Made by a program: the position numbers and the translations under genes | Notes under the pieces: generated by a model | Databases searched by the model: none | What the model saw: only the letters and a program-made list of their open reading frames with translations | What the model was told of the DNA's origin: nothing | Shown here: piece after piece, positions 31,008 to 40,827 of the stretch | Position numbering within the stretch: position 1 is the stretch's first letter | How the letters are laid out: every line of letters begins with the position of its first letter | NCBI GenBank assembly: GCA_903908245.1 | Contig: CAIVRE010000018.1 | Coordinates: 2,876 to 66,875 of the forward strand | Length of the DNA stretch: 64,000 nucleotides | Reading direction: 5' to 3' | Source: Candidatus Omnitrophota bacterium | GTDB lineage: Bacteria > Omnitrophota > Gorgyraeia > Zapsychrales > Fredricksoniimonadaceae

Positions 31008-32371
31008 TGTTCAATGTCGCGGAGATCCTTGAAGTCACTGGCGGGAAATTATTGCAGGGGGCTGTGTCTTTGCGTGTGAACGGGGTCAGTACCGATACGC
31101 GCAAGGCTACCAAAGGCGATCTCTTTATTGCGATCAAGGGAGATAATTTTGACGGCCATGATTTTACGGCCAAGGCCGTTTGTAACGGGGCATTTGCTCT
31201 TCTGGTCAGCCGTGCGGATATTGAATGTCCTTTGGGCACGGCGGTTATCCTGGTCCAGGATACGGTCAAAGCCCTGGGTCTTCTTGCCAGGTATCATCGC
31301 GGGAGGTTTAAACTGCCGGTCATTGCCATTACCGGCAGCGCCGGGAAAACAACGACCAAGGAATTCATTGCCGCAGTCCTGGGGAAAAAATATCGTGTGC
31401 TTTATAACAAAGGCACAGAAAACAACCATATCGGGGTACCGATGACGCTGTTGCAGCTTAACAAGACCCATCAGGCTGCGGTCATTGAGGCGGGTACCAA
31501 TCATTTCGGGGAGATATCCTGGTTGGGCGAAGTCATTTGTCCGACGGTGGCTGTTTTTACCAATATCGGGCATTCGCACTTGGCCGGCCTGGAAAGCCCG
31601 GAGGGCGTTTTTAAAGAAAAAGTGACTTTGCTTGATCATCTGGCGAAGAACGGGACGGTTATCCTTAACAGTGATGATGAGCGTTTACGCGGGATCCTCA
31701 AGAGAAAGCCGAAGCCCAATATTGTCACTTACGGCGTCGAGCATAAAGCGGATATCAAGGCCATAGCGGTATATTCCAAAGGCAAGGGGCTGGAGGTTGA
31801 GCTGGACCGCGGGTTGAAGTTCAACCTGGCTGTGCCCGTGTGGGGGAATGTTGCCAATGCGCTGGCGGCTGTTGCGTGCGGCAAGCTTTTGAAGGTCCCT
31901 TTTAAGGGGATTGCATCGGCGTTGGGTCGGGTTGAGCCGGCAAAAGGCCGCCAGTGCTTCCATTCGGTCATGGGCGTGACCGTGATCGATGATACGTATA
32001 ACGCGAATCCGGTATCGTATCATAACGCAATCCGCACGTTGTCGCTTGTGCGGGGCCGTGGACGCACCTTCCTGGTGGCGGCGGATATGCTGGAGCTGGG
32101 CGGCCATTCGGAAGCCTTGCACGCGCAAGTCGGTGAGGCTGCTGCTGCCGCGGGGATCGATCATATTCTGACCATCGGCCGCTGGGCCGGGCTTGCAGGA
32201 GAAAAGGCGAAGAATATTGCCCCGTCAGTGTGGGTCAAGCATTATAGTAAACAGGAAGATATTTTTGTGGACCTCGGGACTTTGCTCCGGGAGGGCGATG
32301 TCGTTCTGGTGAAGGGGTCGCGCGGGATGCATATGGACCGGTTGGTTGAGAATTTGCTGGCAGTGAATTAA
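31007..32371 (+). CDS. murF: UDP-N-acetylmuramoyl-tripeptide--D-alanyl-D-alanine ligase
   Basis: Mur ligase P-loop GSAGKTTTKE. The gene order is murE-murF-mraY. The start overlaps the murE stop (TAATG). Confidence 0.9.
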   Translation: MFNVAEILEVTGGKLLQGAVSLRVNGVSTDTRKATKGDLFIAIKGDNFDGHDFTAKAVCNGAFALLVSRADIECPLGTAVILVQDTVKALGLLARYHRGRFKLPVIAITGSAGKTTTKEFIAAVLGKKYRVLYNKGTENNHIGVPMTLLQLNKTHQAAVIEAGTNHFGEISWLGEVICPTVAVFTNIGHSHLAGLESPEGVFKEKVTLLDHLAKNGTVILNSDDERLRGILKRKPKPNIVTYGVEHKADIKAIAVYSKGKGLEVELDRGLKFNLAVPVWGNVANALAAVACGKLLKVPFKGIASALGRVEPAKGRQCFHSVMGVTVIDDTYNANPVSYHNAIRTLSLVRGRGRTFLVAADMLELGGHSEALHAQVGEAAAAAGIDHILTIGRWAGLAGEKAKNIAPSVWVKHYSKQEDIFVDLGTLLREGDVVLVKGSRGMHMDRLVENLLAVN

Positions 32372-32396
32372 CCCGGATCAATCCGAGAGGCTGGAT

Positions 32397-33488
32397 ATGT
32401 TTTATTTTTTGTCCCAATTCAGGTATGAATTCTTTCCGTTGAATATTTTTAAATACATCACTTTTCGCGCCGGCCTGGCGGCCGTGACCACCTTTCTGAT
32501 CATGGTTGTCATAGGGCCATGGTTCATCCGGAAACTGGGGGAATGGGGCCTGGGGGAGAAGCCGGTGCTGGGAGGAGGAAGGGAAGCAGTTCTGGGGGCA
32601 GAGCTTAAACCCAAGGTCGGGACTCCGACGATGGGGGGGGTGCTGATCATCGGGAGTATTTTATTGTCCGTACTGCTTTGGGCGGACATGACCAATCCGT
32701 ATATCCTGCTGACGATGTTCACGATGGTCTGGATGGCGCTGGTCGGGTTTGCGGATGATTATATGAAGATCTCCGGCATGAACAAGAACGGGATGCCGGC
32801 GCGGACGAAAATGATATGCCAGGCGATCCTTGCGATCATTGTAAGTTTTTATGTTTATGCCTATCTTGACGTGTCAACGGCCCTGGATGTCCCTTTTATG
32901 AAGAAAATGGTGATCAACCTCGGGCCTTTCTATATGGTGCTGGTCATGCTGATCCTGATAGGCTCGTCCAACGCGGTCAACCTGACCGACGGGCTTGACG
33001 GGTTGGCGATCGGATGCACGCTGCTGGTGGCATTGACACTGGCCATTCTTTGTTATGTAACGGGGAATGTGCATATCAGTGATTATCTGTTTATCCCCTA
33101 TATCCCCGGCTCCGGAGAGCTCACGATCTTTTGTACGGCGATCGTGGGGGCCAGCCTGGGGTTCTTGTGGTTCAACGCCTATCCGGCAACGGTGTTCATG
33201 GGGGATGTCGGCGCGCTGGCTCTGGGGGGGACGCTGGGGATCATAGCGGTTTTTATCAAGAAGGAGTTCCTGCTTGTTATTCTCGGCGGGGTATTTGTCT
33301 GGGAGGCTTTGTCGGTCATTATGCAGGTGACATCGTTTAAATTGACCGGCAAGCGGATATTCCTGTGTTCTCCCTACCATCATCATCTTCAGAAGTTGAA
33401 CTGGAAAGAATCCAAGATCGTGATCCGTTTCTGGATCGTGGGGATCATCCTGGCGTTTGTGACATTGACGACGTTGAAAATCCGTTAA
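32397..33488 (+). CDS. mraY: phospho-N-acetylmuramoyl-pentapeptide-transferase
   Basis: 10-TM protein with the DDxxD-like motifs (GFADDYMKI, NAVNLTDGLDGLA). Confidence 0.95.
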   Translation: MFYFLSQFRYEFFPLNIFKYITFRAGLAAVTTFLIMVVIGPWFIRKLGEWGLGEKPVLGGGREAVLGAELKPKVGTPTMGGVLIIGSILLSVLLWADMTNPYILLTMFTMVWMALVGFADDYMKISGMNKNGMPARTKMICQAILAIIVSFYVYAYLDVSTALDVPFMKKMVINLGPFYMVLVMLILIGSSNAVNLTDGLDGLAIGCTLLVALTLAILCYVTGNVHISDYLFIPYIPGSGELTIFCTAIVGASLGFLWFNAYPATVFMGDVGALALGGTLGIIAVFIKKEFLLVILGGVFVWEALSVIMQVTSFKLTGKRIFLCSPYHHHLQKLNWKESKIVIRFWIVGIILAFVTLTTLKIR

Positions 33489-33497
33489 CGGGTTATT

Positions 33498-34745
33498 ATG
33501 GATATAAGGAATAAAAGGGTCTGTATCATCGGCGCGGCGAAAAGCGGGGTTGCGGCTGCGAACCTGGCGCAAGCTATGGGCGGGGCCGTCCGGATCTCGG
33601 ACAGCCAGCCTTTGGCAAAGCTCGACCGGGCGTTGGCGGGGCTCAAGGACCGCGGCCGTGTTGAGGTTGAAGCGGGGGGGCATACCCGGGATTTTGTGAC
33701 CGCGAGCGACCTGGTGGTCGCAAGCCCCGGTGTCTGGAAGGATGCGCCGCCGCTCGAATGGGCGCGCGCGGCCGGTATCCCGGTGATGGGAGAGATCGAG
33801 TTCGCGTGGCGTTTTTGCACCAAGCCGGTGATCGCGGTAACGGGATCGAACGGCAAGACAACAACGGTCTCGCTGATCGCCCGTGTCCTGGAGGCCGGCG
33901 GCAAGAAAGTTTCTTTATGCGGCAATATCGGTACGCCCTTCTCCGATAAGGTGATCGACGGGGATGTCGAGATCTTTGTGGTGGAGATCAGTTCATTTCA
34001 GCTGGAGCTTTGCACGACGTTCCGTCCAAAGGTCGCGCTGATCACGAATTTCAGCCAGAACCATCTGGACCGGCACCCGACGATGGAGGAGTATTTCGAG
34101 GCCAAAAAGCGCCTGTTCATGAACCAGACGGCGGATGATCACGCGATCTTGAATGCACGGGACCCTTTGGTCGCCAGGCTGAAAGATGAAATCAGTTCCC
34201 GGGTCAGTTTCTTTAATGCTGAGGGGGAGAAAGACAATCCGAATTATCTTGCGGTGTTGGCCGTCGCGCGGATATTGGGAATTGCAGAGGCGGTGACAGG
34301 AAAGGTTCTTGATGAGTTTACCGGCGTTGAGCATCGTTTGGAGCATGTGCGGTCTCTGGATGGGGTCGAATATATTAATGATTCCAAGTCCACAACGGCC
34401 GAGGCCGGGCGTTGGGCGCTTGAGCGGATGCAGAAGCCTGTCGTGCTTATTGTCGGAGGATTTGACAAGCACATTGATTATGCCTGTTTACGGGATCTGG
34501 CTTGTCAGAAAGTTCGCGTGATGGTGGCGTTTGGCGCCATCAGGCAGCAGTTCAAGGATACATTCGGGGATGTTCTTGCGGTTGAGGTCATTGATGGCGG
34601 GTTGGATTCGGCCGTGGCATATGCGCGTAGTGTGGCGCATTCCGGTGATTGCGTTCTGCTGTCCCCGATGACTTCAAGTTTTGATATGTTCAAGAAGTTC
34701 GAGCATCGGGGTGAAGTGTTCAAGGATATTGTGAGGGCTTTTTGA
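33498..34745 (+). CDS. murD: UDP-N-acetylmuramoylalanine--D-glutamate ligase
   Basis: Rossmann N-terminal domain (VCIIGAAKSG) and Mur ligase P-loop GSNGKTTT. Confidence 0.9.
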   Translation: MDIRNKRVCIIGAAKSGVAAANLAQAMGGAVRISDSQPLAKLDRALAGLKDRGRVEVEAGGHTRDFVTASDLVVASPGVWKDAPPLEWARAAGIPVMGEIEFAWRFCTKPVIAVTGSNGKTTTVSLIARVLEAGGKKVSLCGNIGTPFSDKVIDGDVEIFVVEISSFQLELCTTFRPKVALITNFSQNHLDRHPTMEEYFEAKKRLFMNQTADDHAILNARDPLVARLKDEISSRVSFFNAEGEKDNPNYLAVLAVARILGIAEAVTGKVLDEFTGVEHRLEHVRSLDGVEYINDSKSTTAEAGRWALERMQKPVVLIVGGFDKHIDYACLRDLACQKVRVMVAFGAIRQQFKDTFGDVLAVEVIDGGLDSAVAYARSVAHSGDCVLLSPMTSSFDMFKKFEHRGEVFKDIVRAF

Positions 34746-35842
34746 TGCGTGAGACCAGGGCAGCGTTATTCATGATCTTCAGTATCCTCATGGCGATCGG
34801 CGTGGTGATGATCTACAGTTCAAGCGGGATCTACGCGCTTGAGGTTATGCACAACAGTTCCTATTTTCTTTTCAGGCATCTGATGTTCCTGGGGATCGGG
34901 ACGGGCCTGATGTTCGGCGTTATGCTGATGGACTATCGCCTTCTGCGTAAGTGGGCGCGGCCGATCCTGGTGCTGATCATCGTGATGCTGGTGCTGGTCC
35001 TTGTCCCCGGCATCGGCAAGATATCTTCGGGCGCCCGCCGCTGGTTCAATCTCGGGCCAATTAATTTTCAGCCTTCCGAAATGGCCAAGGTCGGTCTGAT
35101 CATTTATCTGGCGGATTTTTGCGCGCGCAAGCAGGATTGCATCCGGAATTTATGGAAAGGGTTTGTCCCTGCGTTCCTGGTGATGGGGGTATTATCGGTC
35201 CTGATCATGAAGCAGCCGGATATGGGCAATACTGTCCTTGTATTCCTGATCACGATGACGATGTTGTTTGTCGCCGGGGCACGGCTGAAGCACCTGGTCA
35301 ATGTCCTTTGGCCGGCGATCCCTTTGGGGGTTTTCCTGGTATTGATGGAGCCGTACCGCATACGCCGTGTTGTTGCGTTCATGAACCCGTGGGAGGACCC
35401 CCAGGGCGCGGGGTTCCAGTTGTCCCAGTCGCAGATCGCGCTGGGTTCCGGGGGGTTCTGGGGGGTAGGCCTGGGCAGGAGCGAGCAGAAGCTGTTGTAC
35501 CTTCCGGCGGCGCACACGGATTTTATTTTTTCCATTATCGGTGAAGAGCTGGGATTCCTCGGGGCCCTGGCGGTGATCGTCCTGTTCGCCCTGTTCCTCT
35601 GGCAGGTTATCCGGATCCTGCGTCAGACGGTCGATCCGTTCGGCTATTATCTGATCTTCGGGATCCTGATGATGCTCAGTGTCCAGGTGGTCGTGAATTT
35701 CGGGGTCAGTATCGGCGCTTTGCCAACGAAAGGGCTTCCTCTGCCGTTCATCAGTTATGGGGGGTCCGCCTTGATCTTCAATATGATGGTGGTCGGGCTT
35801 ATTCTTAACGTTTCGCGCACACAGGACCTTGGCAGTGGATAA
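34745..35842 (+). CDS. ftsW: FtsW (SEDS-family peptidoglycan glycosyltransferase)
   Basis: 10-TM SEDS protein with the conserved FQPSE.KV and LPxxHTDFIFS motifs. The ATG overlaps the murD stop. Confidence 0.85.
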   Translation: MRETRAALFMIFSILMAIGVVMIYSSSGIYALEVMHNSSYFLFRHLMFLGIGTGLMFGVMLMDYRLLRKWARPILVLIIVMLVLVLVPGIGKISSGARRWFNLGPINFQPSEMAKVGLIIYLADFCARKQDCIRNLWKGFVPAFLVMGVLSVLIMKQPDMGNTVLVFLITMTMLFVAGARLKHLVNVLWPAIPLGVFLVLMEPYRIRRVVAFMNPWEDPQGAGFQLSQSQIALGSGGFWGVGLGRSEQKLLYLPAAHTDFIFSIIGEELGFLGALAVIVLFALFLWQVIRILRQTVDPFGYYLIFGILMMLSVQVVVNFGVSIGALPTKGLPLPFISYGGSALIFNMMVVGLILNVSRTQDLGSG

Positions 35843-36917
35843 GAACAAGAGTTTAATTATTGCGACAGGCGGCACCGGCGGACATATTTATCCGGCGATT
35901 GTGACTGCGGAGGAATTGCGCCGGCGCGGGTGGAATGTCCGGTTCATCGGCGCGTTTGGCCCCGCAGGGGATAAACTTGCTTTTCGGGGGTTTGAATACA
36001 AGGATATTGTCGTGAAGGGGTTTGTTTCGAAAGACCTGAAGGCGATGTTTTCGGCGTTGATCTGCCTTTTAAAGGCGTGCATTTCCTGTGCAAAAGATAT
36101 TTCCCGTGCGAGGGCGGATGTGATCCTCGGTTTTGGCGGGTACAGCTCTTTTCCGGCCGTGATCGCCGGAAAGCTGATGGGCGTCAAAACCATGATCCAT
36201 GAGCAGAATGTTTGCCCCGGTGAGGCCAACAAGGTCCTGGGCGGGATCGTAAAAAAGGTCGCCATCAGTTTCAAGGATACCCAGAGTTTTTTTGCCGGAC
36301 GGGATGTTGTTTGGACCGGATATCCGATGCGGTCGCTCGACCCCGGGCGGTCGCGTAAAGAGGTGCTCCGGGTATTTGGCCTGCAGCAAGGGCGTAAGAC
36401 CATTCTTGTTTTTGGGGGAAGCCAGGGCAGCCGGGCGATCAATCATGCCGTGCTTGATTGCCTTGAAATGGTCAGCCGGGACATGCCATGGCAGGTTTTT
36501 CATCTTGCCGGTAAGGGCGGGGCGGAAGAATTAAGGCCGCGTTACGCCAAACTTCCATTCCCTTTTTATTTGCAGGATTATATGGAGAACATGTCGGATG
36601 CTTACGCGGTCGCCGACCTGGTGATCGCCCGTTCCGGCGCGGGGACTGTTACAGAGCTTGGCCTTTTGGGGGTTCCGGCCATTTTGATCCCGTATCCTTA
36701 TGCGAATGGTCATCAGGAAGCCAACGCGCAGGTTCTGGCACGTCGTTCGGCCGCTGTAATAATTCGGGAAAAAGACTTGAACCCCGCCATGCTTGGGGAT
36801 AAGATTTTTTCCGGGCTTGAAACGGGCTCGTCCGCAGAAGTGCTACGCCAGGGATTATCCAAGGATATTGTATCTGACGCAGTTATTCGGCTCGCTGATG
36901 AGGTTGAATTATTGTGA
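35829..36917 (+). CDS. murG: undecaprenyldiphospho-muramoylpentapeptide beta-N-acetylglucosaminyltransferase
   Basis: N-terminal G-loop ATGGTGGHIYPA, with a C-terminal GT-B domain. Confidence 0.85.
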   Translation: MAVDKNKSLIIATGGTGGHIYPAIVTAEELRRRGWNVRFIGAFGPAGDKLAFRGFEYKDIVVKGFVSKDLKAMFSALICLLKACISCAKDISRARADVILGFGGYSSFPAVIAGKLMGVKTMIHEQNVCPGEANKVLGGIVKKVAISFKDTQSFFAGRDVVWTGYPMRSLDPGRSRKEVLRVFGLQQGRKTILVFGGSQGSRAINHAVLDCLEMVSRDMPWQVFHLAGKGGAEELRPRYAKLPFPFYLQDYMENMSDAYAVADLVIARSGAGTVTELGLLGVPAILIPYPYANGHQEANAQVLARRSAAVIIREKDLNPAMLGDKIFSGLETGSSAEVLRQGLSKDIVSDAVIRLADEVELL

Positions 36918-37699
36918 CCATGCTCCGGTGTGCTTTATTGGCATTATTGTTCATGTTCCCGGCTTTGATGGCCAGTTCCGCCGAATGGCATGAGGTCAAG
37001 GCCGAGCATTTTATCGTTTATTACAAGAATGCCTCGGCCCGTTTTGTGGAAAATACGGTGTCCAGGGCGGAAGAGGATTATAAGGCTACGGCCACAAGTC
37101 TGGGATTCACCCGGTATAAGGGCTGGACCTGGAATGGCCGCGTGAAGATCTATATTTACGATAATGCCGAAGATTACAAAGCTTCATCGGGGCTTGGGTG
37201 GTCGGCAGGGTCGGTGCAGACCAGGTCGAAGGTCATTTCGGCATATCCGTCGGCGCACGGGTTCTTTGATTCCACATTGCCCCATGAGATCGGGCATATT
37301 ATTTTTCGCGATTTTGTCGGGGAGGATGCGGCGGTCCCTTTGTGGCTCGAGGAGGGTGTCGCGATGTTCCAGGAGGAGTCCGGGCGCTGGGGTTCGGATG
37401 ATGAGGTGCGGCGCATCATGGAGGAAAACAAGTTCATTTCCCTTGCGGACCTGACGGGCCTTGAATTGAACCGGAATTCCGACCCGGAGCTGGTGCGTAT
37501 TTTTTATGTTGAGGCGGCCAGCCTGGTCAGTTTTTTGCTTGATGAAGGAGAGATGTACCGTTTCGCGCGCCTTTGCCGGGAATTAAAAAGCGGTACGCGT
37601 TTTGAATGGGCATTGAAGAAAGCTTATATGAAGTATCAGACGATCAATGCCCTCGAGGCGGCCTGGAAGGACCATTTAAGCTATGAAAAGAAAAAATAA
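36914..37699 (+). CDS. secreted putative gluzincin-type metallopeptidase (Peptidase_MA-like)
   Basis: Signal peptide (ALLALLFMFPALMASSA). HEIGH zinc-binding motif, with a downstream Glu in LEEG about 18 residues after the second His, giving HEXXH-X18-E. Both ends overlap neighbours: murG at the start and murC-ddl at the stop. Confidence 0.55.
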   Translation: MTMLRCALLALLFMFPALMASSAEWHEVKAEHFIVYYKNASARFVENTVSRAEEDYKATATSLGFTRYKGWTWNGRVKIYIYDNAEDYKASSGLGWSAGSVQTRSKVISAYPSAHGFFDSTLPHEIGHIIFRDFVGEDAAVPLWLEEGVAMFQEESGRWGSDDEVRRIMEENKFISLADLTGLELNRNSDPELVRIFYVEAASLVSFLLDEGEMYRFARLCRELKSGTRFEWALKKAYMKYQTINALEAAWKDHLSYEKKK

Positions 37700-40085
37700 T
37701 CTTAAGACCAAAATAAAAAAATATCATTTTATAGGGATCGGCGGAATGGGGATGGGGAATCTGGCCCTGTTGATGCTGGCCAAGGGGTATTCTATCAGCG
37801 GGTCCGATGAGAAAGAGGGCGATCTGACGCGCCAGCTGCGGGACAGGGGCGCGAAGGTGTATATCGGCCATGACCTGCGTAATATTGACGGTGCCGATTG
37901 CGTGGTATATTCTTCGGCGATCTCGGCAAGCAACCCGGAAATGTTCGAGGCGGTGCGTTTGCATATGCCGATCCTTAAAAGGGCGGAGTTGCTGGCCCAA
38001 TTGGTGAACAAGGAAGTGGGCATCACTGTTGCCGGTGCCCACGGCAAGACCACAACATCCTCCATGGCGTCCCTGCTTTTGATCAACGCCGGGCTGAATC
38101 CTACCACCGCTATCGGGGGGGTCGTCCTCCAGGGATATAACGCGAATCTCGGGATAGGGCGGCATATTGTGGCGGAAGTTGATGAGAGCGACGGTTCTTT
38201 CCTGTATTTTTCTCCGCATTTCTCGATCATCACCAATATCGATCGCGAGCATCTGGATCATTACAAGACCATGGATAATGTCCGGGGGGCTTATGCCAAG
38301 TTCGTGGAGCGCACGGTGCCGGGTGGCGTTGTTATTGCCTGCGGGGATAATCAGGAGCTGCGCGTGATCGTTGAGAATGGCGGGCGCCGTTATGTGACTT
38401 ATGGTTTTGCCGATGATAACGAGTGGGTGGCGACGAATATTCAGTGTGATGCCAACGGTTCTTCTTATGATTGCTATTATCATCAGCAGATGATCGGGCG
38501 TTTTGGCCTTACGGTGCCGGGGAAACACAATATCCTCAATTCCCTTGCGGTCATTGTGCTGGGGTTTGAGCTGAAGATCGAGGTCCCGGTCATCATGGAA
38601 ACGCTGGCGGCTTTTCAGGGGGTCAAGCGCCGCTTTGAGCGCAAGGGGGAAGTGGGAGGGGTCCTGGTGGTGGATGATTATGGCCATCATCCGACGGAGA
38701 TCGCGGCGACCCTTCAGGCCGCGCGTACGCTGGGCCGCAAGCGCCTGATCGTGGCGTTTCAGCCGCATCGTTATTCCCGTACCCAGCTTCTGATGAGCGA
38801 GTTCGCGGCTTGTTTTACCCTGGCGGATCAGTTGATCCTGACGGATATCTATTCCGCCGGAGAAAAGCCTGTTGAAGGGGTTACGACGGAGGTCCTCCTG
38901 GAAAAGGTGCATGCCCAGCGTCCCCAGGAGCTCGCGTATTTGAAGAAAGAGGCGATCGTCCCTCATTTATTATCCATTGTCCATCCGGGAGACCTGGTCT
39001 TGACGCTTGGCGCCGGTGATATCACACGGATATCCGATGAGCTGGTCCGTGCGCTCGAGGGGCGCGTCGGGTTCGATCATATTCCGCCGGCACGGGAGCG
39101 TTCGGTCGATGAAATCAGGGCGCTCGGTACCATTGGTGTTGTCCTGGGCGGTTGTTCGTCAGAGAGGGAGGTTTCCCTCCGGTCGGGGGGCGCGGTGGTC
39201 AAGGCTTTGACAGGAGCGGGATGCCGGGTCAAGGTCCTCGACCTGGTCACTGAAGATCGCGACCTGGTCAAGGAGTGGTTCAGATCGGAGAAGATCGATG
39301 TGGTGTTCATCGCATTGCACGGGCGGTTCGGCGAGGATGGCGGGCTGCAGGCAATACTCGACGAGATGGATATCCCTTATCAGGGCTGCGGTCCTTCGGC
39401 CAGTTACGCGGCGTTCAATAAATCGGTGGCCCAGAAGCAGTTCGAAGACAAGGGCGTGCGTACTCCAAGGACTGTGACCATTAAAGGGGCCGCAGCCTTG
39501 TGCCTTGATGATATTTTCAAGGGGGTCGGGCCTTTTCCGATGGTGGTAAAGCCCGCGTGTGAAGGGTCGAGCATCGGGGTCGTTCTTGCAAGGGACGAGG
39601 CCTTGTTACGCGATGCCGTGCTCAAGGCGGAAGTGTTCGGCAGGGATATTGTTATCCAGGAGTATATCCGTGGCCGGGAACTGACGGTCGGCATCCTGGG
39701 CAGCTGTCCGCTGCCGGTCGTCGAGATCTGTGTCCCGCCGGAGGATGGCCTGATCTTTGATGTTTCGGCGAAATATGAAAAGACTACGACACGGTATATT
39801 GTTCCGGCCGATCTTTCGCCGGATGTGACGGCCGATGTCCAGGCAGAGGCTCTTAAGGCTTACCGGGCGCTTCGTTGCGAAGGGTTCGGGAGAGTGGATG
39901 TCCTGCTTGACGCGAATAATATCCCTGTGGTCCTGGAGATCAATACCATTCCCGGGTTCACTGCGACCAGCCTTTTGCCCAAAGCGGCTCGTGCTGCCGG
40001 ACTGGATTTTACGCAGCTGTGCCTGACACTGGTTGAAATGGCGTATGGCAAAAAGAAATCAGAATCGATCTCCCATCAGCATTGA
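37683..40085 (+). CDS. murC: bifunctional UDP-N-acetylmuramate--L-alanine ligase / D-alanine--D-alanine ligase (MurC-Ddl fusion)
   Basis: 800 aa. The N-half is MurC (IGIGGMGMG, GAHGKTTT). The C-half from about residue 470 is Ddl, an ATP-grasp domain (GVVLGGCSSEREVSLRSG...KPACEGSSIGV...). Confidence 0.85.
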   Translation: MKRKNNLKTKIKKYHFIGIGGMGMGNLALLMLAKGYSISGSDEKEGDLTRQLRDRGAKVYIGHDLRNIDGADCVVYSSAISASNPEMFEAVRLHMPILKRAELLAQLVNKEVGITVAGAHGKTTTSSMASLLLINAGLNPTTAIGGVVLQGYNANLGIGRHIVAEVDESDGSFLYFSPHFSIITNIDREHLDHYKTMDNVRGAYAKFVERTVPGGVVIACGDNQELRVIVENGGRRYVTYGFADDNEWVATNIQCDANGSSYDCYYHQQMIGRFGLTVPGKHNILNSLAVIVLGFELKIEVPVIMETLAAFQGVKRRFERKGEVGGVLVVDDYGHHPTEIAATLQAARTLGRKRLIVAFQPHRYSRTQLLMSEFAACFTLADQLILTDIYSAGEKPVEGVTTEVLLEKVHAQRPQELAYLKKEAIVPHLLSIVHPGDLVLTLGAGDITRISDELVRALEGRVGFDHIPPARERSVDEIRALGTIGVVLGGCSSEREVSLRSGGAVVKALTGAGCRVKVLDLVTEDRDLVKEWFRSEKIDVVFIALHGRFGEDGGLQAILDEMDIPYQGCGPSASYAAFNKSVAQKQFEDKGVRTPRTVTIKGAAALCLDDIFKGVGPFPMVVKPACEGSSIGVVLARDEALLRDAVLKAEVFGRDIVIQEYIRGRELTVGILGSCPLPVVEICVPPEDGLIFDVSAKYEKTTTRYIVPADLSPDVTADVQAEALKAYRALRCEGFGRVDVLLDANNIPVVLEINTIPGFTATSLLPKAARAAGLDFTQLCLTLVEMAYGKKKSESISHQH

Positions 40086-40827
40086 CCTTGTGCGTTTCGG
40101 GGTCATTGCCGTTTTTGTTCTGTTGGCGCTGGTCATCTCCGGGGTCGCCCTGACGTCATTTGTGCGTCATTCCGGCCTCTTTGTGATACGGGATGTTGTG
40201 ATCAGCGAAAGCCTGGGGGAGGTCAATGTCCCCGAGCTTGCGAAGTTGAAGGGGCAGAATATTTTTCTGGTCGATCTTGAAAAGGTCGAGCAGAAGGTGA
40301 TCTCCCGGTATCCGGGGATCGCCGGCCTCGAGGTCCTGCGGCGTTTCCCGGATGAGATATTAGTGGCGGGGGCGCGCCGGACAGCGTTCGCGGCGGCATT
40401 GATGGATGGTAAAAGTGTGCTGCTGTCCCGTGACGGTTGTTTTATCGGCGCTTTGGGAAAAGAGGATGGGCCCCTTGCCGTTATCAAAGGGATGCGGCAT
40501 CAGAAGGTTTCGTCCGGTATAATGCTTAACGATCCTTTTGGCCTGGAAGCCTTGAAAGCGGTTGAACTGGTCTATAAAGACCCGGCATTGGCTGCACTGC
40601 ATTTGCGCGGCCTGGATGTGAGCGACCCGAACAAGATCGTGTTCACTTTTGGCCTGGCGGAAGATCCGGCCAGATTCGAGGTTATGGTGGATAAGGATAA
40701 TTACGCGTTAAAGCTCAAGACCCTTTCGGTCATGGTCGCCAGGACGGAGCTCGCGGTCAATGAGGTTAAATATATCGACCTCAGGTTTGAAACGCCTGTG
40801 ATCGGCAAGAGGAAGACAAAAAAATGA
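40033..40827 (+). CDS. ftsQ: cell division protein FtsQ (POTRA-containing)
   Basis: Short basic cytoplasmic tail, one TM helix, then a POTRA-like/beta-rich periplasmic domain, in the canonical position before ftsA. The start is uncertain: ATG 40033 overlaps murC-ddl, and GTG 40090 is the alternative. Confidence 0.65.
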   Translation: MKWRMAKRNQNRSPISIDLVRFGVIAVFVLLALVISGVALTSFVRHSGLFVIRDVVISESLGEVNVPELAKLKGQNIFLVDLEKVEQKVISRYPGIAGLEVLRRFPDEILVAGARRTAFAAALMDGKSVLLSRDGCFIGALGKEDGPLAVIKGMRHQKVSSGIMLNDPFGLEALKAVELVYKDPALAALHLRGLDVSDPNKIVFTFGLAEDPARFEVMVDKDNYALKLKTLSVMVARTELAVNEVKYIDLRFETPVIGKRKTKK

